Of a stretch of 64,000 nucleotides of DNA, positions 1-11,349 are shown piece by piece. Numbering within the stretch: position 1 is the first letter of the stretch; each line of letters starts with the position of its first letter. Source of the stretch: Haliotis rufescens (lineage: Eukaryota); NCBI RefSeq assembly GCF_023055435.1, contig NW_025964334.1, positions 48,112,001 to 48,176,000 of the forward strand. The letters run 5' to 3'. Made by a program: the position numbers and the translations under genes. A model generated the notes under the pieces. The model had not been told where the DNA came from, did not search any database, and was given only the letters and a program-made list of their open reading frames with translations.

Positions 1-191
1 TCCAACTGGAGACATTGTTGTAAATTTGAAAAGTGATGATGAATTTTAATATTCATATTATTGAAACCGTCCTTTTTAAGGGACCGTTTATGCCTAGAAT
101 TGTTACGGGGAATTAACTCCAGGATCTCCACGCCTTCAAAAACAGACAGAGAGGTTCTCAGGCGAAATGCACTACCCATCTGTCCAGTTTT

Positions 192-452
192 GAATTGATA
201 ACAATGGTTTCCCACATGGTGGTCAAATTATGCAAGTTTTGATGTGTTGACTAGCTTAGTTGATTGTTTATAGGCTGGTCGGCTGTGTTTGAAACTGGTC
301 AGTCGGCTCTAGAATTTCAATACATGGAATTGATAACAATGGCTTCTCACATGTTGGTCAAATTATGCAAGTTGATGTGCTGACTTGCTTAGTTAATTGT
401 TGGTCTGGTCAGCTGTGTCTGAATCTGGTCAGCCGGGTCTAGAATTTCAATA
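192..452. repeat. Two diverged ~130-bp direct repeats
   Basis: 'gaattgataacaatgg...tctagaatttcaata' starts at 192 and again at 327. Confidence 0.85.
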
Positions 453-820
453 GCGCTAGCTGATTAGCATCTGCCAGCTCATTTGACTGGTTTCGACAGC
501 TTGCATCTCCAAGCGTTACGTATTATGATAGACGTCCTGTAAACTATGTAGCTTTTACTGGCTTGGGAATGTGAAACTTAAAGTAGTAGAATATATTTGA
601 TTTTGATAAAACTTGAAGAAAAATATAATGGTTTTCGCACTGTTATAGTACCCCTGGACGTCGTGGAGCTTTTGACCGCAAAAGCCTATTAATATTTTTG
701 TTAAACAGGTGTTGACGTAAACATAATACAATTGTACACAAAAATACATAAAACATTTTAAAGTAACACAGCAAAAATATGCGAACATGACAAAGGATAT
801 GCACTGCTTAGACAGCCCAC

Positions 821-1744
821 TTAAAATACTTTTAGCATACAAGAAGGATCTAAAATTTGGTATCTACCATCATGAACCATAAGTATGTAGGCAGCGAAAG
901 GATGATTGAACATTTTCTGGAGTTTACGGGCAGTAACGAAAGAGACTCGAAGCGTGTTCGGGACCGAGAGAGACGTTTGGGTTAGGAGGTTAGTCACAGT
1001 AAAGGCGGGGCTTTCAACAGTAAGGGTGGGAAAGAAATATCCAGAGATTCGGAGCTGTTCCACCGTGTATGGGGGTTGAACATTCCAGTAGGAAGGACAG
1101 AGACTGAGAGCCAGAATAGGAACAGTGACACATTCTGGACCAGTGGTGAGCTCAAGAACGAGACCATTGTGAGTCCTAAGACTGCGTTCATAGATGAGAA
1201 GGAGAAGAATAGAAGCAACAGTGAGTGTGATCACTCCTAGAAGGATTGACACATGACAGTCAGCAAGATCAGACACATTGAAGCTGGGACTAGAAGTGGT
1301 TTGTGAATTATAATTTAGTACTGGAGGCTGTACTGCTTTAACTGGCGTGACACGAGTAACCAGCAATGGCGCAGCAGAGAGTGCACGAACTTTGAAAAAC
1401 ATCCAAAAAAGCAAAATAATTGAGAGAACTGACATAGCCGAAGTGGTGATGGCTATAATTGCATTTGTATCAGGCCAAGAACTTGGTAAAGTGATTTGAC
1501 CATCAAGCAATGGTTCCGTAATAGCCTGAAATATGGTTTGATCTTTTCTTGCCCTTTCAGCGACACGTTTAAGACTGAGATGGGACTTTTGATCACTGGC
1601 CAAAACATTGGAAATTTCATGAGAAAATATATCAAATTTTGGAATGGTGAAGTTAACTGCTTTTCTGAAAATTGTATCACCAGCAATACTAGAGAGGGTA
1701 GAATCCTCGAAGAAGTGTTTTGTAAGTGTAACATATGAATGCAT
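821..1744 (-). mobile_element. Truncated env-like membrane-protein ORF, probably from an LTR (Gypsy-type) retroelement
   Basis: 307-aa intronless ORF with two hydrophobic TM-like segments (AIIAITTSAMSVLSIILLFWMFF; VSILLGVITLTVASILLLLIY) after an amphipathic helical region. It resembles the C-terminal half of env-like ORFs of invertebrate Gypsy elements, recognised by eye only. Confidence 0.45.
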
Positions 1745-3215
1745 GTGTTGGTTTATTATAAGTATTTAATCAATAGTTCAAGAATAAAACTTTTTTTTCA
1801 TTTACGATTTACATAGAGTTTTTGTCATTACATTAAAATCCCAAGATCAGGGATGCTAATCTCACATTCGTCCACCTAATGATTGGTGGTTGTTTGCTAG
1901 AACAATACCTCTACTCGTGAGTGTTTATCGGAGATTTCTTTTGGCTATGGAAATAGTTTTGTAGCTTTTATTATCACCAGAATTGTAAGCGTCAATTACC
2001 TGCACTACATTGGGCCTCCTCCAACGTTAAACTGACAGTTTAATATAACTGAAATACTATTGAAAGCGGCGTTAAGCAGGCATAACGCTGTCTGGATTAT
2101 TGTAGGAATTCACAGCCGAAAGTTTCACAAACAAAATGTCCAAGCCGTGTATCACAGCATTGGCCAATAGTCGTGATAAACAATAAAACACTTACATGTT
2201 AATGATGGCCATGCTGTGTCAGATGTCAGCAGAAATGGCAGACGAAGTTTATTTATAAATCACGTCAAGTCAATGGCGCTGTGACAAGTAGTTTTTACAG
2301 TACTCGACATCACAGAGTGGGAAATATCACAAAATAGACAATGACTCCTTGAAGCATCAACACGTTGAGAAAGCAATCTTCTATTCCAAATGAAGAAAAA
2401 ATGTTTAAAAGCTCAATCAAGTATATGCAGTGTTTCTTTACAGTAGATGTCGGGCTGGTACACTTATATTCCAAGGCACAGGAGGGGAGCGAAACAGAAT
2501 GTGTACACCTTCTGGAAGTAGTGGGTGACAAATCCTTCCTACAATATTCTCCTGATTTGCACTAACCATGACCAAAATGCCCGTGTTTAGTTGTACACTT
2601 TCAAATCAAATCACATGTGTGCACACCCCATGGTCAGATTTACGTGCCCTGGACTTGTTTTTCCAATAGCCATTTTGAGAAATTAAAACACGTAAAATCC
2701 CGAAACTATTTCTCAAATCAAACATAAAGATGAAATGCCAATATAAACAACATATTAACATGGTATTGCAGCTGTCAGCTATCATAACTGTAATCAGAGA
2801 ACACTTTCCTATATAGAATACCAAATAAATTAATCACTAATTAAGGCTAATGCGCACAACACACCACTTTAAAAGGCTACATGTATGGTATTTGTCTTGT
2901 AGTGCATACTTCCATTTTTAGCTCACCTGACCTGTGTCTCTGATTATTGTTCACAAAATTTTGATCCGAGTTTGAGCATGTCATTTTAGACACATTACTT
3001 CATGTTTCATTGTGAAATTTTATATAAAAAATGCAGCATAAAATACATTCAAGTTTAGCTATTAATTCCACATTAAAACTTATCCCCGTTTTTCTAGTGT
3101 TTCTGCATGTTTGATATCCCATCTGAAACTACAAGGCCCATGAATCTGAAATGTTGCATGAATGATCAATAGTCTTAGGTTTGGTGCCTCTTTAAAGTAA
3201 TCACAGAAATTTAAT

Positions 3216-3217
<2 letters not shown>

Positions 3218-3285
<68 letters not shown>
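3218..3285. repeat. (TA)n microsatellite
   Basis: About 34 perfect AT units. Confidence 0.99.
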
Positions 3286-3287
<2 letters not shown>

Positions 3288-3739
3288 ATGGCAATTTCTA
3301 TAACATCCATTTGGTGTTCACTGAACTCTAATCTGCCACCATATTTCAATTAATCATGTGCATATATTTGGAATAAAAGCGATGACACACCTTCTATATT
3401 CATAAGAAATCTCTGCTATTCCGACTATATTATAAGCAAGTGTTTATGAATGACTTTCGAATTGGCGTTGAAGTCAGGTGTTTATGTCACACAAATAGCC
3501 TATTTCTACACATGTTCATGTGAAATGCCATATTGTGAAGTTTAAACGTGTTATTGTTCCCGGATGTGAAATTCCCCTGTCAAATGAGGTTTTTGCGAAA
3601 CGACGGCACTGTTTGAACCATAATATGAATGTTCATCTGATCAGGGAAAACCAAAGAAAGCTTTTTCCATAATCATCGGAAATATCTGCTCAATGCAGAG
3701 TACATTTATTCCGACTATCTCATAAGCGTCTATTAACAG

Positions 3740-4560
3740 TATCATGTGTCTATGAACAATATTAATGGTGATGATACCTGGTGTTCGCGAAAAGGTTAGT
3801 GTATCCTGCCCCACCGGTGGAACCTATCACAAACACATGCAAATGCAAGTCAATTGTTCACCTGAAAAAGCTTGAGAACACATGTCTACCATGAAACGTT
3901 TTGAAAGCTTGACTGAGGCCTTGAATGTTAAAACCCTGTTCTAACAACTTTTGACCGAGAGTTTAGTGACACTCTTTGAAGTATTCGTACAAATATATAT
4001 TTGATTTTACCTCAAAATAATTTGTGAAATATGGTCAACAAAGGCTGGAGCTGCTGAAATATTGGCATAATCGGCATAAAGGGACATTTGACTATTGGAA
4101 AGTTGTAGTCAGCAGTGTTTTACAGTTTCGTGGAGAGTGTTTTGTCACTCTCAATCTGTGTGCATAGATCCAAATATAAGAAAACCCAGATGCAGCTGTC
4201 TTACTTACTTCCTTTATTTCCATTTCTGGTGTGTAAATCATGATCAGTTGAAGGGAATAGGCTATTTGATGGTTATTTAATGATATCAGATTATCGATAT
4301 CCCTGAAAGTTCTTGGCAAAATTTGCCAAACTGATCAGAAGTTCCGATTCATATGCATAAACAAACAGATCAGCAAGAAGGGAAGCACAATTGGTGCCCA
4401 TGATGATGCCTCTCACTCAAACATATGACATAGGTGTAATTAATGAGGAAGTCCAACATTTCACATATTTTCACAGTACTTCACAACTTCAGATGTCATT
4501 TCACATTTGACTATGGCGAAAGGTAGGTTTTCACACATGGGTGCCAAGAAACGAAACAAT
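3740..4560 (-). mobile_element. Penelope-like retroelement RT remnant with 3' tail
   Basis: Minus-strand translation gives GIIMGTNCASLLADLFVYAYE (~4345-4415), FRDIDNLISLNN (degenerate YIDD motif), YTPEMEIKE, NISAAPA and QKLLEQGF...FKTFHGRH, all typical of PLE RT. Frameshifted. Confidence 0.8.
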
Positions 4561-5394
4561 ATTGAACAGAAATGCGTCCAGCAGCGTGAGGAAAATCTGT
4601 CGATAGGATGCCCCACCCAATGTTTTCTCATCCTCCACCTTGTGTTACCGAAGAAAATAATAAATAATTATTCAAGCAGGCCCGAAATGTGCAAGGGTGG
4701 TTGGCTAGAGTTCGGGCCGATTTGGCAAGTAAAACACAGATGCTGCTTCGGACATCTATGCAAGGACAAGGAAAGATCAAAGACGGGTCTCTTTTTTGTT
4801 ACGTACTATTTAAAATGTATGTGACCCTGTGATCCGCTGTAACCCCTACATTTAACTTATTCTTCCTTTTCCAAGGACCGTCTGTGCACCACTTTTTCCT
4901 TGGCTGAATCTTATTGAAACTATTTCTGCATTGGTCAGGTGAGCTACATTATTAATGTAAAAGAATCACAGAGTACCAGGTTCGCTTTACAGAGGGTGAC
5001 AACGTGCTAGCGTTCCAAAGCATTCTTGTATGAAAGGTCAGTAGTGGTAATTTGGAACAATTACCGTGATTACTCTGACATTAATTGGATAAGTTGATGT
5101 ACGGTCGGTAAAACACAAGCCATTTGTTAATATCACACATGTTCTGGCCCCAATAACAGCACGACAGAGTGTTCACTGTTGTGATTACATTTAGTTCTGT
5201 AGTTGGATGCGACTGTAAACTGTTCGCGCTGTTAACCCAGGATAGGAGTCACCAGGATAGGTAACTTCGCATGCGTAATTACATATCCAAATTAAGGATT
5301 CATTGATTTTGATCATACGTTAGTAAATATTTTCAGGTGAACAGTTGACTTGCATTTGCCCTAGTTTTCATATCTCGAGCTTACATTTATCGCT

Positions 5395-5610
5395 GCTCCG
5401 TGAAGATCCGGGTGACAATAGGTCTTAAGCAACCCTTGTTTGCCGTAAGAGGCGACTAACGGGATCGTTTGGTCAGGCTCGCTGCCTTGGTTGTGCATGT
5501 CATCGCATCATAATGCTCAAAATGTTAATCACTGCATTGTCTGGTCCAGACTCGATTATTTACAAACCGCCGTCATATAGCTAGGATAATGTACTCAATC
5601 ACTCAACAGG
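5395..5610 (+). mobile_element. SINE, V-domain type family (5'-truncated)
   Basis: Core 'ttgccgtaagaggcgactaacgggatc...gtcaggctcgctg...tctggtccagactcgattatttac'. The same family occurs at ~18200, 29790, 45025, 47970-48232, 51875-52120(-), 55140-55335, 57870-58210 and 60880-61090. Confidence 0.7.
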
Positions 5611-6149
5611 CGTGTCAATGTCTTTTTATGCCTATTTTACTTTAATGGTTTAATGAATAGTTTGTATTTTGTCCCTATGATATAGTATGTTGAAGTGTGG
5701 CATTTCAAATTGTTCTTGTTAGCCTTGGAGTACTAGTATTTCTCTGCTACTTCAAGAGGATGTATTGACTTTAGGTTGATATTCCCTGAACCATATTATC
5801 TTTTCCGGATAGCTGAAAGCCTCATGATATTAGGTAATGGTAGTACTGCCCTGTTTAAGGGAGGAGTTATCTGCCCCTGGATGGTGAAAGATGTGTTTCG
5901 CTCGTCTCCCTCACGATTGAAAACAAATCTGAAATAATCGGCTCACCAAGTGACCATCCATTGTAAATAGCGACATATGTGTGTGAAAGCCTGTCTAAAG
6001 ATTTCTTAAAGGGTAGTTGTATCTTTGATTTGAAAGAACTGAAGGCCTTACGTTGGAATATGGTGCAGTCATTGAATGAAGATGTCGATTTTGTTGAAAG
6101 TGTGATGTCTAGCCACGTGTTGTCGAAAGTGAAGAATGTCTATGTCAAC

Positions 6150-6880
6150 CTTCAGCTGCCAAAAAAGCGAAAACATGTAATACATACTTTAATGCTCTTG
6201 TGTCAACCAACTGTGAACTCATGGATGCAAAGTCGTGCCCGTTGTCGAGAGGAAATTGTCCAGTCGACGGTGCGAACGTACGACAAGGAATCACAAACGA
6301 AGAGCTTCTCACTGCAATCAATCATATGAGATCTTGTCTCAGTGAACAGTTGGCAGAAAATGAAAACATGAGTTTGAGTGAGAAGATTAAATTCCTTGAA
6401 AATCTCAAGGAAATGCAAATCAAAGCAGTATGAAGGGAATAGAAATGTAATGTTTTTGAGACACAGTTCGCTGAGTTTTAAAAGGTCCGGTAAAGACACA
6501 GAGACTGAACGTTGCATTGTCTTACGAAATCTACCTGTTTACAGCCGTGAACCGACAGACTCTAATGTGATCTGTAAGAATGTCAATCGCATTCTTTTCA
6601 ACGGAAATTTACAGATGCTCATGCAACGCGTGCAATTCGGAAGAAACGGAACGACAACAAACCCGGCGTTGTTGTGGTCACACTTGAGACTGTTGATCAA
6701 CATAGGAAAGTACACCAGAATAAGAAAAGACTTAGAGATACTAAAGACTTCTCAAGAGTGTATGTGGACGCGGCTATGTCTCCTGGAGAACTTGTTGTCA
6801 AGATCGAATATGCAGGCTATAATCAGCAAGATTGGGAAGGAGAAGAAACTGTGATTTCATGGCAAACGAATTGTTTCTAT
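6150..6880 (+). pseudogene. Decayed non-LTR retrotransposon ORF1-like sequence
   Basis: Frameshifted pieces: coiled-coil (LSEKIKFLENLKEMQ), ERCIVLRNLP and VVTLETVDQHRKVHQNKKRLRDTKDFSRVYVD, resembling the RRM region of LINE ORF1. Confidence 0.5.
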
Positions 6881-7811
6881 CAACAAGTAGGACAGGCTGC
6901 AGCTGGGGTTTTTGAAATTGTGGAGGATGGTCAAAAAGGGAGTCAAGAAATAAACAGTTTAGGGATTCTATTCTGCTCGATTTGGACTATGATATTTTCA
7001 GTGTTTGTGAGACTTTCTTAAAGCATCGAGAGAATATAGTGGTAGAGGGAGTTGGTATGGGTGCGGGAATGGGTACAGGTGAGAATATGGGTATATGTTT
7101 GAGAAATAGGGTGTGGATGAGGGTACTGTGTACCTGTGGCTGACGGTTGTGGCTGACGGTATATATATGATGCTTGTACGGGGTATATTATGAATGTTAT
7201 TTACATAATTATTATTAAACGCGGGGTGTGTATATATATAATATTGTTTTTATGAGTCTTTTAGTGTCTCGTGGGCCATTTTGGCAGGCTGCTGAGCTTT
7301 TACATTTTGCCTTACCAATTTATATGTACAGTGGGTGACAGTTTATTGATATATTCTTCTTCTTTTTCATTCTACTTCTTCTTCTTCTATAGCTTCCAAA
7401 TATATAAGTTTAGAAAACCAATTACAGAGCGTGTGGTTTCAGCAGTTTCACTTGGACATTTAAAAAAATACTTTCTGCTAATGGTATGACCTTTTCCCCT
7501 CGGAAAGTGATTTACTATTTATAGGACAATCTTTTACTCAACTTGCCCTTTGACATTACTTTAAATGGTTTATATTTGGAAACTATGATATGGTGTTGGG
7601 AGTGACATTTGGCGCTTTGCTGCCTGCCTGAACCAGTCTAAACTAATGTATTATAGTGTAATCCCACTGAGATGCCATGCCACATACGATCTCATAGCGC
7701 ATATTGGTATGATCGAGCCACCAGTCTTCCACTCTCTGGGCAGACGCTGTATCTATAACAGCACTCCACACAATAATATATTAAAAATGTGTTGTATGTT
7801 TTCAGACAACA

Positions 7812-8990
7812 ATGGCCGCTTTCCTGTCAATATTTAGACGTGGTTTGGATCAGGACATGGTGGACAATGTGAACGGATTCTGGTCGGTTCTCCTCTTGGC
7901 CCTCTGCTCGGCTGGGGCATTTCTAGTGCGATACATTACTGATCCTACAAGCTGCTGGTACCCTTCACAATTTGAGGCATCACAGGTTTCATACTCCGAC
8001 CATGCCTGCTTCCTCACGGATGTCTTTTACCACCCTGCCACAAGTGATGTCCCAAAGTCAAGGCATGATCGTGTCCCCTCCTACCATCTCTGGATACCAC
8101 TCATACTCTTCTTCCAAGCCCTCGCTTTCAAAGTACCAAACATCATCTGGAACAGTGGCAAGCACTTCCTCACTTTCAATATGGACGAAACTGTCGAGTC
8201 CCTAAAAAGTGTACAACTGACCAATGCTGAGAATCGACAGGCCATTTTCAGTGATGCAGCCCGAGTATTTGGAAGTCTACTGAGGAGGAATCGATTCTTT
8301 CTGGCGTTGTTGTACCTATTTGTGAAGATTCTCTCATGTGTCAATCTCATAGCACAGTTTATGTTCCTCACGATATACTTCAGACAATACCTGGCAATCA
8401 GGGTAGGATCCTATGCTGGTTTGGATATGGGCTCCATCGTAAAACCATTACTTGTGAAACATGTTGTTTGCGACATCGATGTGTATATGATGACAAATTT
8501 TCAAAAATACACCGTTCAGTGCACTCTGCCAATCACCGAAATCTATGAGAAGATGTTCATATTCCTGTGGTACTGGGTCTTCCTCCTGGCTGTCATCACA
8601 ATCCTAAACCTTGTCCTGTGGGCAGGATTTCTCTTCATACCGTTCCTAAGAGATGGCAGGATAGCTGCCCACATCAACGATGCCAAAGGATCTCGCCCTG
8701 ACGAACCCAATGTAACTCGTTTCATCAGAAGTTTCCTCGGAATCGATGGTGTGCTTGTCCTGTCCATGATATCCCGGAATTCCAGCGAGTTAGTTGCAGC
8801 AGATCTCACCCAACATTTGTACCGGGTGTTTCAGGAGAAGGAAGAAGATCTTCAGAATCAGCAACATCTCTGCACAGGAGAACCGGAATGTGGCATTGTC
8901 CGAGATGAAGCAACAGGAGCCGTGGCAGCTTTACCAATGAGCGATCTACCCTCTGGTGCCGAAAAGTCGGAGAAGGCCCCGATTGTGTGA
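7812..8990 (+). CDS. Innexin paralogue 1 (392 aa)
   Basis: Four TM segments, EL1 Cys48/Cys66 (SCWYP...HACF), innexin signature variant SYHLWIPLILFFQALAFKVP, EL2 Cys220/Cys237 (CDID...TVQCTLP..EKMFIFLWYW), and post-TM4 FLGIDGVLVLSMI. A splice-acceptor-like tttcag lies 6 nt before the ATG. Confidence 0.95.
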   Translation: MAAFLSIFRRGLDQDMVDNVNGFWSVLLLALCSAGAFLVRYITDPTSCWYPSQFEASQVSYSDHACFLTDVFYHPATSDVPKSRHDRVPSYHLWIPLILFFQALAFKVPNIIWNSGKHFLTFNMDETVESLKSVQLTNAENRQAIFSDAARVFGSLLRRNRFFLALLYLFVKILSCVNLIAQFMFLTIYFRQYLAIRVGSYAGLDMGSIVKPLLVKHVVCDIDVYMMTNFQKYTVQCTLPITEIYEKMFIFLWYWVFLLAVITILNLVLWAGFLFIPFLRDGRIAAHINDAKGSRPDEPNVTRFIRSFLGIDGVLVLSMISRNSSELVAADLTQHLYRVFQEKEEDLQNQQHLCTGEPECGIVRDEATGAVAALPMSDLPSGAEKSEKAPIV

Positions 8991-9524
8991 CAACAGAACT
9001 GGTGTGCCATGCATTGAATGTATTTAATTATAATGTTGGGTCTTGAAATAACCTGGTGTTGAAAGGTTCGCCTGTCACGCCTAAGTCCTAGGTTGATTTC
9101 CTGCATGTGTATATTGTCTGAAGCCCATAGCGGTGTCAAACTATATTCAATCGAATAATTATTATTGTATTAAGAGTAATAAAACTCACTGATTCTTTGA
9201 ATGTCTGAAATGGACATCCAGTATGTTGCATTCCGTACTGACAGCGCCTCTATTAAAATATTTTACTTTGGCACTTAACATGAAAGTATTCCTGTGTTTT
9301 TTACACACATCTTTGACGTTTGGTGATGTCAGAGACTCACTGAGATGTTTCCCCGTATTGAATGACATCAATGTCAATGGCATCGTCATTTTTCAACCTG
9401 AGCAACTACCCAAGCCCTTTGGGCATAATGACACACGTTGTACTATCGGATAGTCATTAGTTGGGTCTTACCACATGCAGCAGGTGCCGGCGACCTGCAC
9501 TATTTGCTGTCCTATAATATGGTT

Positions 9525-9700
9525 TAGAGTGGTGGAGGAGCCTAGTGGTTACACCAAACACTCGGGTTTGATTCTTCATCATTTGTGGTGTTCCACAATG
9601 ATATTGCTGGAATACTGTGAAAAGTGGCGCAGAAACGTACTCACCCTCTCTCACACATACACACAAACACACACGCACGCACGCACGCACACGTACACAC
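9525..9700 (+). mobile_element. Old tRNA-derived SINE with (CA)/(GCAC)n tail in the 3' flank of the innexin copies
   Basis: 'gcctagtggtt...gggtttgattc...atattgctggaatactg..aaagtggcg' followed by a microsatellite. Paralogous positions at ~21710, 33305, 39505 and 47600 have different (GCAC)n lengths. Confidence 0.65.
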
Positions 9701-11349
9701 TATGACCACTCGTGTCATTTCGGGACGAGTCGATTGGTCTCAGAAATAGCTGTCTAAATATAATCGAGTCTGAACCAGTCAGATTATTATCCACGCCGTT
9801 GGGATACGATGAGACGCTATCAAGTCACGTGACCACACGTTCCCATGAACATGCATCCGGGTTAGACCTGGACTTCAGTTACCCTTAAGTGCAGGGGACT
9901 TTGCTTCTGAAATTAAAGAGTCGACTGACGGGATCGGCATTCCAGTAACAACTGAGCTCCAAATCAATCTGCTAGAAGGCCTCCTTCAGGAAAATACTAT
10001 GGAAAAGTCAAATTGTGCCGTCCCCCGCCGTATTGCTGCGTGAATATTTCTAAAAGAGGTGAAAGACAATACTCACGTATGTCAGTAAACTGCCAGGCAA
10101 ACGAAAGTACGTGCACACACTTGGAAATTGGATTTGGCAAAAAAGGTGTCTTGGCTGAAAACAGTCGCCAAAACACTGCAAACGTAAGGTCCACAACACT
10201 ACTGTGATACCCGTATCAAATACATCTCGATCACCTTTACTTGTTTGTTTCATTTTAGCCACCATCAAACAAGGGTGTATCCTTTCTTTTGCCCAGCAGT
10301 TTATGTCGGAGTGATAACGAGTTTATGTCACCCGTGATTAAGAATGTCAGTGCAATTTTAGCTTAATTATCGATGTTTGATTTTGATTTTCTTTATCTCA
10401 ATATTGTTATTTTTATGCACTTTATGATAGTTTGCAGTTTTGAATACGTTCTGGTCGGTTATACACAACAAGGATAGTGAGATGATGTTTTCTTGCTACT
10501 GGATTGAGATTTTACGATCGGAGCCAAAATCATCCGAATGCGGAGTTAATAAATAAGAACCTTATCTAATATGCGCGTAACACTTTCTCAACTTTCTCTG
10601 ATTTGAACCTCGTTGTGATACCGTTGTTCTCATGATAAGTAAATTAACAAAAGATTTTGAATTTCGGATGGCTTTGGGAGAAATGAAGTTGTTTTTTGCA
10701 GTGACTGACATCCAAAATACACAGATCATTCGTACCATATATGCCAAGATGTTTCGCCTCATTCTCTTAGGTGCTCCGACGTTCGCCTATCGGATAAATG
10801 TTGTTTTATACCGGATGCAGTTGACAATGATCTAGCTACAACACGACAATCTGTATGTAATAATTAAAGACGCTGGTTGAAAGTATGAACACCGATCATC
10901 TATGTCCTAGCGGTAGGCTGACACAAAATCCGCCAGGCCACATGATGTCAACCAGGTTCTCAAATCTTGGAGGGGATTCTTCGAACCTATCCTGAGCCCT
11001 GTTCCAGAAAGTGATCGTAGAGCTAAGGCGATCGTAGCTCACATACTTTTAATATAGACTTACGACTGTCATAACACAACGATTGCCTAGTGGAACGGGT
11101 CCCTGTCCTTGAACCATTACATTACCTCGCATAACCACGAGCACTCGGCACGGGATTGCTTAGAATGATGACAAACAATTCTTGACAAACAAGGTCTTGT
11201 GAGCTTAGTGACAAAATACTCGAAAAAAGGTTGATTTTATCTTCTCACATGATTCAGTGCACGTCCATATATCCACCCGAATCAGTGCCCACCACTGGTT
11301 TTGTGATTGGAGTGACATGGACTTTCTTTCTCTTCATTGAAGACCCCAT

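Noticed and set aside
3080-3349. ORF with IYIYIY run (and the HARTHART / RACV ORFs near 33400 and 47700)
   Set aside because: Translations of microsatellites.
8081-8809. Antisense ORFs recurring in every innexin copy (96 aa, 88 aa)
   Set aside because: Shadow frames that recur only because the CDS is duplicated.
7812-8990. Innexins as retrocopies or viral vinnexins
   Set aside because: No poly(A) tract or TSD, a splice acceptor precedes the ATG, flanks are co-duplicated, and there are no linked viral genes.
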